A stretch of DNA of 64,000 nt from Candidatus Latescibacterota bacterium (GTDB taxonomy: Bacteria; Latescibacterota; UBA2968; GCA-2709665): NCBI GenBank assembly GCA_965208835.1, contig OZ242358.1, positions 3,616,001 through 3,680,000 on the forward strand, read 5' to 3'. A program made the translations under genes and the position numbers. The notes under the pieces are model-generated. The model was not told the DNA's origin and made no database searches. It saw nothing but the letters and a program-made list of their open reading frames with translations. Shown piece by piece: positions 19,923-29,744 of this stretch (its first letter is position 1; each line of letters opens with the position of its first letter).

Positions 19923-21038
19923 TCAAAATGCCCTGTCGACGAGAAAACTGCACATCTCACGCATGGTTTCCCGTGCCTCGGAGGGAGGAATCTCGTTAAG
20001 ATGCGCTTCCGCGTCCGCCGCCCACGCCCGGCAAGCGTCTTCGGCCCTTTTTATGGAACCGTAATGCTCCATCAGCGAGATCGTCCTTTCAACTTCGTCC
20101 GTTCTCGTCTCTGAACGGTCTCGATTCAGGATTTCCCGCACCCACTCCTGCTCATCCGGAGAACATCTGTGGAAGAGATCGATTACCATCAGGGTCCGTT
20201 TTCCCTCCGCGATGTCTCCGCCGCGTTCCTTTCCGTAACCTCCGGAGGTCGTTGCCGGGGCCTGGTGCGCATCTTCGGCCCGTACGGTCAGATTCAGCAG
20301 ATCGTCCTTGATCTGAAACGCCACCGCCATTCGCTCGCCGAACGCACCCACCGCCCGCTGGCAATCCGGGGATGCGCCCGCGACGATTGCACCGGCGGTA
20401 CACGGCCCCCTCCCGCTGTACCAGCCCGTCTTCAGACGCAGCATTTCCAGAAAAATCTCAACTTCGGGGACCTCGCCCGACTCGATCCAGCCGATGTCGT
20501 ACGCCTGTCCTTCAAACGTGCGCTGGGCGCCGTAGAGCATTTCCTGTATCAAATCAAGCGCAATGGCGTCGCCGAGAATGTCCCGGTTGCTGGCGAGTAT
20601 TTCGAACACCTTCGAATGGAGCGCGTCGCCCGCATTGACGCTTAATGGAACGCCGTGAAGATGGTGCAGACATGGCTTGCCTCTGCGCATTTCCGAACCG
20701 TCTTCAATGTCATCGTGAACCAGCGCGAAAGACTGGAACATTTCAAACGCCGCCGCCGTCCGCAACGCCTGCTCCACGGCGCCACCCAACCCCTCACAGG
20801 CAAGCAGTACGAGTACGGACCGAAACCGTTTGCCTCCCCGAATCGGATAATCGCGCATCGGTTCGTACAGATAGCCGAATGGCTCGGCCTGAGGCAGAAA
20901 CCTGAAGAGTTCCGCATCGATGAGGGGCACAAAGGAATCGAGATAGGACTTCAGGCGATCATTCACCGGCACATCCCTCGCGCCCTTCCCCGCAGCGTCT
21001 ATCCCGGCGTTTTTCCCGGGCCGTGATTCGGGTGACAA
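19923..21038 (-). CDS. Short-chain polyprenyl diphosphate (GGPP-type) synthase; start uncertain
   Basis: GGKRFR, FALVHDDIEDGSEMRRG, EGQAYD, KTGWY, FQIKDDLLN, DIAEGKRT. Confidence 0.92.
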   Translation of the reverse strand: MSPESRPGKNAGIDAAGKGARDVPVNDRLKSYLDSFVPLIDAELFRFLPQAEPFGYLYEPMRDYPIRGGKRFRSVLVLLACEGLGGAVEQALRTAAAFEMFQSFALVHDDIEDGSEMRRGKPCLHHLHGVPLSVNAGDALHSKVFEILASNRDILGDAIALDLIQEMLYGAQRTFEGQAYDIGWIESGEVPEVEIFLEMLRLKTGWYSGRGPCTAGAIVAGASPDCQRAVGAFGERMAVAFQIKDDLLNLTVRAEDAHQAPATTSGGYGKERGGDIAEGKRTLMVIDLFHRCSPDEQEWVREILNRDRSETRTDEVERTISLMEHYGSIKRAEDACRAWAADAEAHLNEIPPSEARETMREMCSFLVDRAF

Positions 21039-21287
21039 GACGCCCGGTATTTACGTAATACGTCGGAAGCAATCCTGACCGTTGCGTGGAGGAAGCGAAT
21101 ACTCGTAAGTACTGGTCTTGGGCCGTCTGTTGAGAAGGAGTATTACGCAGGAAGGAGGAGGATGGGGAGGAAACTGCCCGAGAATATAGCGACAAGCATG
21201 AACGGGGTCAACTGTTTTCGTATTCCGGCCAGGGATGCCATGAACCGGTTGCCCGGACAGGCGGAAGGCGCGCCGAAACGCCGTGTG

Positions 21288-22223
21288 TTAACACCGATAG
21301 GCATCGAAGACGATTTTCAGATCCCGTCTGGCTCTCAGAAAGTCCGAATACGGCGTCCGGCTCCTGTCATCCAGGCATCGCAGGAAGTCCCGGGTCATCT
21401 CCCGATACCCCATCAGATCCGATATTCCTGGAAAGTAAAGCCGGACGCCTCCACGCCCCTTCTGCAGCACATACAGACCGTTGCTTTCAAAGACGATCTG
21501 TCCGTGCGTGCCAAGAATCCGGGAGTGCTGAAAGGTGCCCCCTGTGCGGCTTTTCGTGTTCCACGAATACATTAACTCGGCCGTCACGTTTCCGGGATAG
21601 GTCAACTCGACGACCGACGTCCGCTCCGGTTCTCCGTCGCGCCTTCCGGGAAACCGGCCATTGACGCGTTCCGGATCACACTCGAACATTGCGGAGATCA
21701 ACGCGACAAAGTGGATGCCGCCTTCGAGCAACGCGCCGTACTGGCGTTTCCAGCCGACTGTCGCCTGCGTGAACATCTTCTTCACCTGTACCGACCTGAT
21801 GTCTCCGATCCGGCGCTCCCGGGTCAATGCCTTGATTCTCTTGAGCAACGGCTTGTAGTAGTAGTTTTCGGCCACCATCAACAGCGGTTCGGGACGTAAA
21901 GCCACCGCCGCGCCGACCTCATCCACCTCCTCCGGATTTACGCACATCGGTTTTTCGACCAACACAGCTTTTTCGGCCGAAAGCGCGCGTACCACCTGGT
22001 CCTTGTGGAATGCGGGAGGGGATGCAATCACCACTGCGTCGATGTCGGGCGATGCCAGCACGTCCTCAAGACGCCGGAAGCTGCCGCTGCCGCGAAATTC
22101 ATCATTGAATCGCCTCGCACTTCCTTCGGACCGGCTGCAGAAAAAAAGCTCGGCCGAGCCCGAGAGATTCTTCGCGTGCAACCGGGCAATGGTCCCGCAG
22201 CCCACCAGACAGATTTTTCTCAT
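21288..22223 (-). CDS. Gfo/Idh/MocA family oxidoreductase
   Basis: KICLVGCGTIA, VLVEKPM, GALLEGGIH. Confidence 0.88.
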   Translation of the reverse strand: MRKICLVGCGTIARLHAKNLSGSAELFFCSRSEGSARRFNDEFRGSGSFRRLEDVLASPDIDAVVIASPPAFHKDQVVRALSAEKAVLVEKPMCVNPEEVDEVGAAVALRPEPLLMVAENYYYKPLLKRIKALTRERRIGDIRSVQVKKMFTQATVGWKRQYGALLEGGIHFVALISAMFECDPERVNGRFPGRRDGEPERTSVVELTYPGNVTAELMYSWNTKSRTGGTFQHSRILGTHGQIVFESNGLYVLQKGRGGVRLYFPGISDLMGYREMTRDFLRCLDDRSRTPYSDFLRARRDLKIVFDAYRC

Positions 22224-22296
22224 TTTCCTGATTCCGGAAAGGCGCGGCAACCTGTTCGCGCCAGCTGAACTCAACAGGCCGCATGGAACCGGATGT

Positions 22297-23793
22297 CTAC
22301 TTATGCTCCGTGCGAATGACATCCGCGACCCGTAACGCGTTTGCCGCGATTGTAAGGCTGGGGTTGACCCCTCCCGAAGTGGGCATAAAGCTACCGTCGA
22401 GGACGAAAAGATTGTCTATGCCGCGAAGCCTGCAGGATTCATCCAGAACGCTGTCCCGGGCGTGGTTACCGAAACGCAGCGACCCAACCGCGTGGGAAAA
22501 CGTCTCCAGATTGTAGATTCGGTGATACAGACCGCCCGCCTGCTTCAAGATGCGCCTGGCCCTGTCTGTCAGGTATTTCCTTCGGAGGCGGTCTCCGTCC
22601 GAATATCGATGAACGACACCGGTCACCGCGATGCCAAAATCGTCGAGTCGAGCAGTCAGATGCACCCGGTTTTCGTATTGGGGTTCGTCCTCCGCGATGC
22701 AAAGCAGGTTTTGCAGGTAACGCGTTACGAATGCCGACAGATTCCGGTATCCGAATGGCGCGTAGTGCTTCAGAACTTCCGGGGCGGGCGTGTAGATGTC
22801 CTGAATCGTTCCTACCGACGTACCCAATCGGTCCCTCAGGTCTTCGTAGAAATCCGTAAAGCACAACTGCTTGTGAAATACGCGGTCGGGATTGGTACGA
22901 AACGGAAAGAGACCGGTGACCACGGCATTGCAGTGCCGCATTAGAAATCGGCCGATCAGCCGGTGGTTGTCGAGTCGCTCCAGCCCGGAACGCAACAGTA
23001 TGGCCGGACTCTGCAGGGCGCCCGCGCTGAGAATCACGACCTTCGCACTGAATTCGACCTCCCGCTTTGTGGTCCCGTCCAGACATCGGACCCGTACGAC
23101 CCTGCCGTTTCGGGTTTCCAGTTGCAGTACGATCATCCCGGGCATGACAACCAGGTCAGACGCCTGTGCCTTCGCCAGAATTGTCATGGCCACGTCGTTT
23201 TTGGCTTCGATACGGCACGGAAATCCATCGCAGGTGGAACATTGGATACATACCGGCCGATTGTTGTTCGTGAAATTCAGTGCGAGCGGTATCTTGAAGG
23301 GGCGGTAACCGAGTGCCTTCGCGGACTCGTATATCCGCTTTGCCGGAGGCGTGAGTTTAATCCCTCCGAAACGATAGGCTCCGGACCTCGGCGGCTCATG
23401 CATATCCGCCCCTGCCTGACCGTGTACCTCCAGCAGATGCTCCGCCTCCGTATAATACGGCTCCATTGCTGAGTAATCGATCGGCCAGCTCGAAAAATCC
23501 TTCTCACGCAATCGCAGCGACGCCCCTCCGTAAAATACCGACATGCCACCCACCGCTTCGTTCGGGTAGACGGAGTGAAGACCCCGGTCACCTTCTACTT
23601 CGAACGGCGAACGGCTCCTGTACCGCTGATCGATGAGGATCCCACGCGGGCTCCAGTCCAGCGCATCCCGCTTCACCCAACCGCCGCGTTCGAGCAGCAG
23701 CGTCCGGAAACCAGCCCGGCTGAGCGCGAACGCCGCAGCGCCGCCGCCCAGACCCGATCCGATCACGATGGCTTCATAGTGTCGTGAGCTCAT
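22297..23793 (-). CDS. GMC family FAD oxidoreductase
   Basis: VIGSGLGGG, LLERG, CIQCSTCDGFPC, GRFLMRH, SHAVGS, GVNPSLTIAANALRVAD. Confidence 0.92.
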   Translation of the reverse strand: MSSRHYEAIVIGSGLGGGAAAFALSRAGFRTLLLERGGWVKRDALDWSPRGILIDQRYRSRSPFEVEGDRGLHSVYPNEAVGGMSVFYGGASLRLREKDFSSWPIDYSAMEPYYTEAEHLLEVHGQAGADMHEPPRSGAYRFGGIKLTPPAKRIYESAKALGYRPFKIPLALNFTNNNRPVCIQCSTCDGFPCRIEAKNDVAMTILAKAQASDLVVMPGMIVLQLETRNGRVVRVRCLDGTTKREVEFSAKVVILSAGALQSPAILLRSGLERLDNHRLIGRFLMRHCNAVVTGLFPFRTNPDRVFHKQLCFTDFYEDLRDRLGTSVGTIQDIYTPAPEVLKHYAPFGYRNLSAFVTRYLQNLLCIAEDEPQYENRVHLTARLDDFGIAVTGVVHRYSDGDRLRRKYLTDRARRILKQAGGLYHRIYNLETFSHAVGSLRFGNHARDSVLDESCRLRGIDNLFVLDGSFMPTSGGVNPSLTIAANALRVADVIRTEHK

Positions 23794-24574
23794 AGACGTA
23801 CAGAACGATCAATCCGACGATAATAATCCACGCCGTATAATGGTACTTTTCGCGCGTCTCGATGCATCGTGTGATCCGCGGCAGGTCCGGTCTGAACTTC
23901 CCGGACATCGTGCGCTGCACGTATGTCTTGTAATACTCAACCAGAAACCGTTCCAATCCGCCGTTCATGAAGATCAGATAACCGAGCGGTACCGGCGAAA
24001 GCGGGTTGTTTGAGTAGAAAAACACGGGAGAGCAAATGGCGAGTACCGTTGCGGAACGGAAGAATTTCAGAGGTGCAAATCCCTCAAAGGGAGCGTCCTT
24101 ATATGCGCCTCCGAGAGAAACCAGCATTCCGGTGGAAAAGGCAACCGCCGCGAACACCGCGAAGTCAACGATCCGCATTGAAAGAAACAGCAGGGTAAAG
24201 ACACCTGACACCAGAACGACGCCGGACAGGAGACGCAACGGTTCGCTGGAAACCGGCCGGCCGAAGAACGTGATTCTGGACGGCACCGCGTATTTCGACT
24301 GATCTTCCGATCTGAAGAATCCCTTGTACAGCTCCGCAAGGAACCGTTCAAGGCCCATGATGGCAAAGAAGACCTGAAACAGGCTCAATTGGCGGAATTC
24401 CCCGCTGAAAAGGGGAAGCCAATACAGAGCGCAGAAAATTACGGCATGGAAATAGACGCTGCGGGGAAAGGTGCGGCATTTCATGCCCTCATAGGGGGAG
24501 TCCTTGAATGCACCCCACAACGAGGTGTACAGACCTGAAATCAAACTGACGAGAAACGGGATCAAGAAACCCAT
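23774..24574 (-). CDS. Uncharacterised integral membrane protein with two-fold internal repeat
   Basis: Several hydrophobic helices; repeated GA(F/Y)KDxP(Y/F)EG...GLERFLxExYK; overlaps the GMC start. Confidence 0.8.
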   Translation of the reverse strand: MGFLIPFLVSLISGLYTSLWGAFKDSPYEGMKCRTFPRSVYFHAVIFCALYWLPLFSGEFRQLSLFQVFFAIMGLERFLAELYKGFFRSEDQSKYAVPSRITFFGRPVSSEPLRLLSGVVLVSGVFTLLFLSMRIVDFAVFAAVAFSTGMLVSLGGAYKDAPFEGFAPLKFFRSATVLAICSPVFFYSNNPLSPVPLGYLIFMNGGLERFLVEYYKTYVQRTMSGKFRPDLPRITRCIETREKYHYTAWIIIVGLIVLYVYELTTL

Positions 24575-24626
24575 AGGCGGGTACCGTGGCTGCCGGCAAT
24601 ACCGAGGATAGTCGACGGACGGTTAA

Positions 24627-24950
24627 CAGTCCGTTGATAAAGTCGCTCTGCAGGCGAGGCATGGTGTCCCGGCCCGGAAATATGTCACCATTCATCCGCC
24701 GATTCATCCCGTCTGGCGGCGTTGCCTTCTATCGGTGACCTTGCGCAGGTCGCCTCGCTCAGGCGCCTTGCCAGCCGGGCGACTCGGCGGTCGAATTTCG
24801 GCAATCTATTTCCGGGACAGAACACTTGCCATTGTGGTCGAAGACGAGGCGCGCAACCGAGTCCCATCCTGCGATTCGGCGAGGGCGCGCAACGCCGGTT
24901 TTCGACCGCAAGGGCCGGCCGTAGCCCGGTTGGGCTTTTTCAACGGGCTG
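24627..24950. mobile_element. MITE family A copy 4, interrupted by a family B MITE
   Basis: Both family A ends intact; flanks TTAA/CTAA; 324 bp = 160 + 162 + 2. Confidence 0.88.
24664..24825. mobile_element. MITE family B (162 bp) nested in family A
   Basis: TIR GTGTCCCGGCCCGGAAATA / TATTTCCGGGACAGAACAC. Confidence 0.85.
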
Positions 24951-25101
24951 CTAAGATAAATCCTGACGTGCGACGCGTCAAGGCGCAGACAAAAAAAGAC
25001 AGAACACGTGAAGGAGCGCGTATTCTGTCTTCTCAAACAATCGGATTCCGGTCAAAAGGTCCGCGAGTGTCAAGCGGGTCGGCATCCCGCCTCCCACCGG
25101 C

Positions 25102-27549
25102 TTATGTCCGCGCACTTCCGACTCTGACCGCACCCCGCTTCCGCTTGATGCGATCGAGGATTTCGAGAACGGCGGGCAGGACGATCACGGCCGCCACAAA
25201 ACAGGTCAGAAGGCCGATCACGGCCAGTTTTCCGATAGAATTCAAACCGGGATGCCTTGCCATGATCAGGCCGAAAAAGCCGATCATCGTCGTCATCATC
25301 GACACGAGCATCGCGCCTCCCGTATTCCGGAGGATCACAGGTATCGAATCCGCGCCTTCCTCCTGATACCTGTGGAACAGGTGCACGCCGTTATCGATGC
25401 CCATCCCGATGATGGTTGGCAAGGCAACCATATTGTAGAAATTCAGCTTCATCCCGGTCAGAAACATGCTACCACACATCCAGATGGCGCCGCAGATCAA
25501 CGGCAACATAACCAGCAGCCCGTTTCGGATGCTTCTGAAATCGATGAATACTATGAGGAAGACGACCAGAAGTGTGATGCCGATCGCCCACCTGCTGTCC
25601 CGGATCATCAGCTTGAGCATATCCGCGAATATGATACTGGAACTGGACGAATAAAACGTCTTTCCGGATTCGGTCGTAATCAGGTGGGTGTCGTTCGCGA
25701 ACTCAATCGCCTGGCGTCCGTCCCGAAGTTGCACGCTGGGGTAAATGAAGGCGAAATGGGCCCGACTGCCGTCTACAGTTGCAAACTTGCGCAGGATGTT
25801 TTTCGGCAGGTCGTCCACACGCAGCTTGTTCACATCCATCAATTCCCGCAACTCGTCCACACGCTCCTTCTGCTCGCCCTTCAGCAATTTCGCTCCTTCG
25901 CCGTCCACCAGTTCGCGAAGTTCGGCGATCAACGTCAGTTTTTCGTCCTCCTGTTCGGGAAGGAAGGACCAGAGCGTTCGGATCTTGTCAACCGTCGGTG
26001 TCGGATCGTCGGATGCGATCTTGCCGTTTACCGCGTCGACGATTTCATCCAGCTCCTCTTTGCTGTCGGCCAGTACCACGCTCGGGGAGTGAGATTCGCC
26101 CTTGAACTTCGAGAGCGAATTAATCTTGTCTTTCACCTTTTTCGATGTCGCAAGATTGGAACGCAAATTGGTAAAGTCATATTCGAACCGGATCCGGTCT
26201 AGATTGTATGCCAGGTAGACCGTAACGGCGATCGCAAACGCGAACACGACCGGCGCCATCGGAAACCGTCCCTTGCCCGCGCCCCGATGGTGTCCGAGCA
26301 CCTGCCGCATCCGCACGAGCTTCAGGCGCTCGTCGGCAAGAACGAGAAAGGCCGGAAGGACCATGGTCATTGACACCAGCGACATGATGATTCCGGTGCC
26401 CACGATAAAGCCGAATTCCGAAAATCCCTTGAAATCCGTTATCGTTAGCGAATAGAACGCCATCGACGTTGTCATTGCGGCCGTCAGGATCGCCTGCCCC
26501 GTCTGGATCAGCATCGTCTCGACCGATTGCCTGACATCCATATTCGCCATTCGATCTTCCAGGTACCGGGAAAACATGTGAATGCCGAAATCAATTCCGA
26601 GACCGAACAGAATCACGAACAGGAATCCGGTCATTGTGTTCAGGTTGCCAATCGCCCAATAGGTTATGGCAAAGGCCCACGTCAGCCCCATAACCAGCGG
26701 AATGGCAACAAAAAAAGCAGCCAACGGCTGCCTGAAATAAAACGTGAGTAGCAGAACGACACCTACAAAGCCGAAAATGACTGTCGACTCGATATCGTCA
26801 AGAATGACGTTATATTCATCGATCTTGTTCTTATACGACCCTCCGATGGAGACGATCATACCCGGATGGTAGGATACAGGGTCCAGCGTCTGAACGGCAC
26901 TCTGGATAACGCCGTACATCTCTTTGGCGAATCCGATATTGCTCACCGTTCCGGATGCCGTAACCTCCACGGCAACGATGGTACTGTCCGGATTGGTATA
27001 ATAGACTTCGTGTCCGCGGTCTCCGTTCTCCTTGTATTTCGCCTCGATATCCGAAAAATCGAGCGGTTCGTCGTCTTCGCCGTCGTCGAGACTGAAAAAC
27101 AACGGGGATAACTTCAGTTTCTCCTGTCCGATGCGGTCGTCGATTCGAAGTTGAATGTCCTCCAAATCCTCGAGATCCATATACAGCAGCGCGTTTTCCT
27201 TGAAAAAATCCACTTCACGCTTAATATCGACGTAATTTACGTATTTCCAGTACTTTTCGGCCTTCAGTTCAACAAACAGGTCTTCCACAAATTTCCTGGA
27301 CGCCGAGAAATCCTCGCACTCCGCCAGAACAACCAGGCTTCCCACGCCACCCAGACGCGCCTTGATATCTTCGAGCGTCTTCACGCTGGGATAGTGTTCC
27401 GGGATCAGGGCCGCGATATCCGTCTCGAGGCGCTGGATCAGACGATAAACAAAAAAACTGCAAAAGATCGAAAGGAGGGTCGAAACGATAATGATAGTGG
27501 CGTGTCGTCGATAGACAAAATCCGCCAGAAACCGCAACCTATCCTGCAT
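25102..27549 (-). CDS. MMPL/RND family lipid transporter
   Basis: Two TM halves with GLGIDFGIH and GMGIDNGVH motifs, large periplasmic loops. Confidence 0.92.
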   Translation of the reverse strand: MQDRLRFLADFVYRRHATIIIVSTLLSIFCSFFVYRLIQRLETDIAALIPEHYPSVKTLEDIKARLGGVGSLVVLAECEDFSASRKFVEDLFVELKAEKYWKYVNYVDIKREVDFFKENALLYMDLEDLEDIQLRIDDRIGQEKLKLSPLFFSLDDGEDDEPLDFSDIEAKYKENGDRGHEVYYTNPDSTIVAVEVTASGTVSNIGFAKEMYGVIQSAVQTLDPVSYHPGMIVSIGGSYKNKIDEYNVILDDIESTVIFGFVGVVLLLTFYFRQPLAAFFVAIPLVMGLTWAFAITYWAIGNLNTMTGFLFVILFGLGIDFGIHMFSRYLEDRMANMDVRQSVETMLIQTGQAILTAAMTTSMAFYSLTITDFKGFSEFGFIVGTGIIMSLVSMTMVLPAFLVLADERLKLVRMRQVLGHHRGAGKGRFPMAPVVFAFAIAVTVYLAYNLDRIRFEYDFTNLRSNLATSKKVKDKINSLSKFKGESHSPSVVLADSKEELDEIVDAVNGKIASDDPTPTVDKIRTLWSFLPEQEDEKLTLIAELRELVDGEGAKLLKGEQKERVDELRELMDVNKLRVDDLPKNILRKFATVDGSRAHFAFIYPSVQLRDGRQAIEFANDTHLITTESGKTFYSSSSSIIFADMLKLMIRDSRWAIGITLLVVFLIVFIDFRSIRNGLLVMLPLICGAIWMCGSMFLTGMKLNFYNMVALPTIIGMGIDNGVHLFHRYQEEGADSIPVILRNTGGAMLVSMMTTMIGFFGLIMARHPGLNSIGKLAVIGLLTCFVAAVIVLPAVLEILDRIKRKRGAVRVGSART

Positions 27550-27552
27550 GAA

Positions 27553-28176
27553 TCATTCCTTCCCTTTCCCGTCTGCCTCGTCCTCGTTCAGCTTGTCTCT
27601 GAGTTTCTTTACAAGACCCTCGTACGACGACTTTCGAATTTCCTTGTAGAACTGAGATCGATTGTTTCTGGCTACGCTCAGGTCGTCGATCACCATATCG
27701 TAAACCAGCCATTTTTCGTTGACGGGGTGGAGCTTGTAGTCGATGTGGCTCTGTTCATCCCTGTAATGAACGATTGTCCGTACAACACCCTCCGTACTGT
27801 CGACCTCCGAACCCAAATACTCGATTTTCTCGGATTTGGTATACAGCTTCGGATCCGCGTAGTTCTTGACGATCAGCCGCCTGCACAGGTCCGCAAATTC
27901 AGCCTGCTCGGCCTCTGTGCGACGCTGCCAGTGGCGGCCCAACGCGACCATGCCGAACCGGCGGAAATCGAACATGCCTTCGACGATTGCCCTCAACTGC
28001 TCCCGCTCTTCGGCCGTTTCTCCCGCGGTTTCCGAATTCACAATTGCCTTGATCGACCTGTCCCGTTTTATCATCGACTGGAGCAGTAGTTCAGCCTGGC
28101 CCGCACCCAGGGCGAGGCCAGGACTCAAATATCCGACAAAAGCATAAAACACAATAATATACGACAAGATTCTCAT
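27553..28176 (-). CDS. MlaC/Ttg2D/HpnM-family periplasmic lipid-binding protein
   Basis: Signal peptide; FDF...ALGRHW, WLVYDMVIDDLS...RSQF. Confidence 0.9.
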   Translation of the reverse strand: MRILSYIIVFYAFVGYLSPGLALGAGQAELLLQSMIKRDRSIKAIVNSETAGETAEEREQLRAIVEGMFDFRRFGMVALGRHWQRRTEAEQAEFADLCRRLIVKNYADPKLYTKSEKIEYLGSEVDSTEGVVRTIVHYRDEQSHIDYKLHPVNEKWLVYDMVIDDLSVARNNRSQFYKEIRKSSYEGLVKKLRDKLNEDEADGKGKE

Positions 28177-28290
28177 TTTATCCAGTCCCTTTTTCAGGTA
28201 GAAACAAAACGACCCGGCAAAGGAACACCTTTCCGGCCGGCTCGAAACCCGTTCAATGCTTAAAAAAACTTCCCGCGGCCATCTTTCGCT

Positions 28291-29730
28291 TCAATCCGCC
28301 TTTCCCGAAACCAGCTTCTCCGCTTCCGTGGACCGGGTTCGCATGATGTGTCCGATAAATCCGAAGACGGCGCTTACGACCAGTCCGGACCCGAGCACAA
28401 AAATCCAGTATATCGCTTCGAGCCAGTTCAGAACTGCCAGGACACAGAACAATGCGGCGAAAAAGTCCCGGCGACACGCGAACTTCAAGCCGCAATATAT
28501 ACGGTGCAGCAATCCGCGGCGCTCTTCCGGTACCTCGCTCGAAAACCCCATATTGAAGCTGACGATGCTGCCCGATCCGCTATGCTTCAGGTAGACGCAG
28601 ATGAGCAGGACCGCAAGTACATTCAGCGCGAGGGCACTGAAGCCCAGCGCGATGACAACCGGTTCCGCCGTCAAATTGTACATCCCGTAAATGACACCTG
28701 AGAAGAATCCCAGATAGGAGACGTTGTCAGCGACCGTATCCAGCCATTCACCGAAGCGGGACCCCGAAAACTTGAGCGTGGCGATCTCACCGTCGCAGCC
28801 GTCAACAATTGAAGCGAACTGGAAAAGCAGCCCGCCCAGCGCTACGTACAAATGGCTCCCTTCCGCCATCGCCCAGCCGGCCAGAAAGGTCACCATCATT
28901 GCGGCGATTGATACCTGGTTGGGGGTCACCGGCGTCTTCACGAGGAATCTGGAGATCCAAGAAGAGACCTTCCTGTTGAAATGCCGCGACACAATCCCGT
29001 CAGTCGGCTTGCCCAACCGGGCAAACAACGCCGTTTCTCCCTGGCGCAGTGCTTCCGGTGTATCCACGTCCTGCCAGAACAGACCATCAATGTCTACCGC
29101 CCGCATGTTTCCTCGCGACGCGATGATTCCTACGCCACCTGAAAGCGTCTCGTCGCCGCCGGCAATGGCAAGCTCAAGACCGTCGAACAGAGCCGGACAG
29201 CAGAGAAAAACGCCCGTATCCACCGCGTCGTATTTGTTCAACGCCTTGCCGATCTTCCGGATCCGGTCGCCTTCGAGGACGACTTTGGTTGCGTCATCCA
29301 GGTCCTCAATCCGTTCCAGCCGGGTGTCTACGCACAACGCCGATTCGCCGGCCCCCAGCAACAGACGGCGCATACGGGTGATCACCTTCGGTTCGAACAG
29401 ATGGTCCGCCATCAACAGAAGAAACGTACCCTCCACAAATTCACGCGCTTTAAGTACCGATAGCCCATTGCCACGCTTCCACTCCGGGTTTTCAACCCAC
29501 TCCATATGCACGTCGATCTGCGGGTCGTTTGCGATGGCTTCGCGTATTTCATCGCCCCGATGACCGATGACAATGACAAACTCCGAGATCCCCGCCCTTC
29601 CTGCGGTCAGTATGGCCCTCTTCAGCAACCCCACACCGGCCACTTTAACCAGCGGCTTCGGCCTGCCGCATCCGTGTCCGTTAAGGCGGCTGCCCATACC
29701 GGCAGCAATAATCACCGCCTTTTTTACCAT
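28291..29730 (-). CDS. Bifunctional NTP transferase (IPCT/LicC-like) / CDP-alcohol phosphotransferase (DIPPS-like)
   Basis: AVIIAAGMGSRL, PKPL, GNGLS, MADH, DATKV, WQDVDT; TPNQVS, DGCDGEIATLK...GEWLDTVAD; SD GGAGG before ATG 29730. Confidence 0.9.
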   Translation of the reverse strand: MVKKAVIIAAGMGSRLNGHGCGRPKPLVKVAGVGLLKRAILTAGRAGISEFVIVIGHRGDEIREAIANDPQIDVHMEWVENPEWKRGNGLSVLKAREFVEGTFLLLMADHLFEPKVITRMRRLLLGAGESALCVDTRLERIEDLDDATKVVLEGDRIRKIGKALNKYDAVDTGVFLCCPALFDGLELAIAGGDETLSGGVGIIASRGNMRAVDIDGLFWQDVDTPEALRQGETALFARLGKPTDGIVSRHFNRKVSSWISRFLVKTPVTPNQVSIAAMMVTFLAGWAMAEGSHLYVALGGLLFQFASIVDGCDGEIATLKFSGSRFGEWLDTVADNVSYLGFFSGVIYGMYNLTAEPVVIALGFSALALNVLAVLLICVYLKHSGSGSIVSFNMGFSSEVPEERRGLLHRIYCGLKFACRRDFFAALFCVLAVLNWLEAIYWIFVLGSGLVVSAVFGFIGHIMRTRSTEAEKLVSGKAD

Positions 29731-29744
29731 GTCATCCTCCCGAT

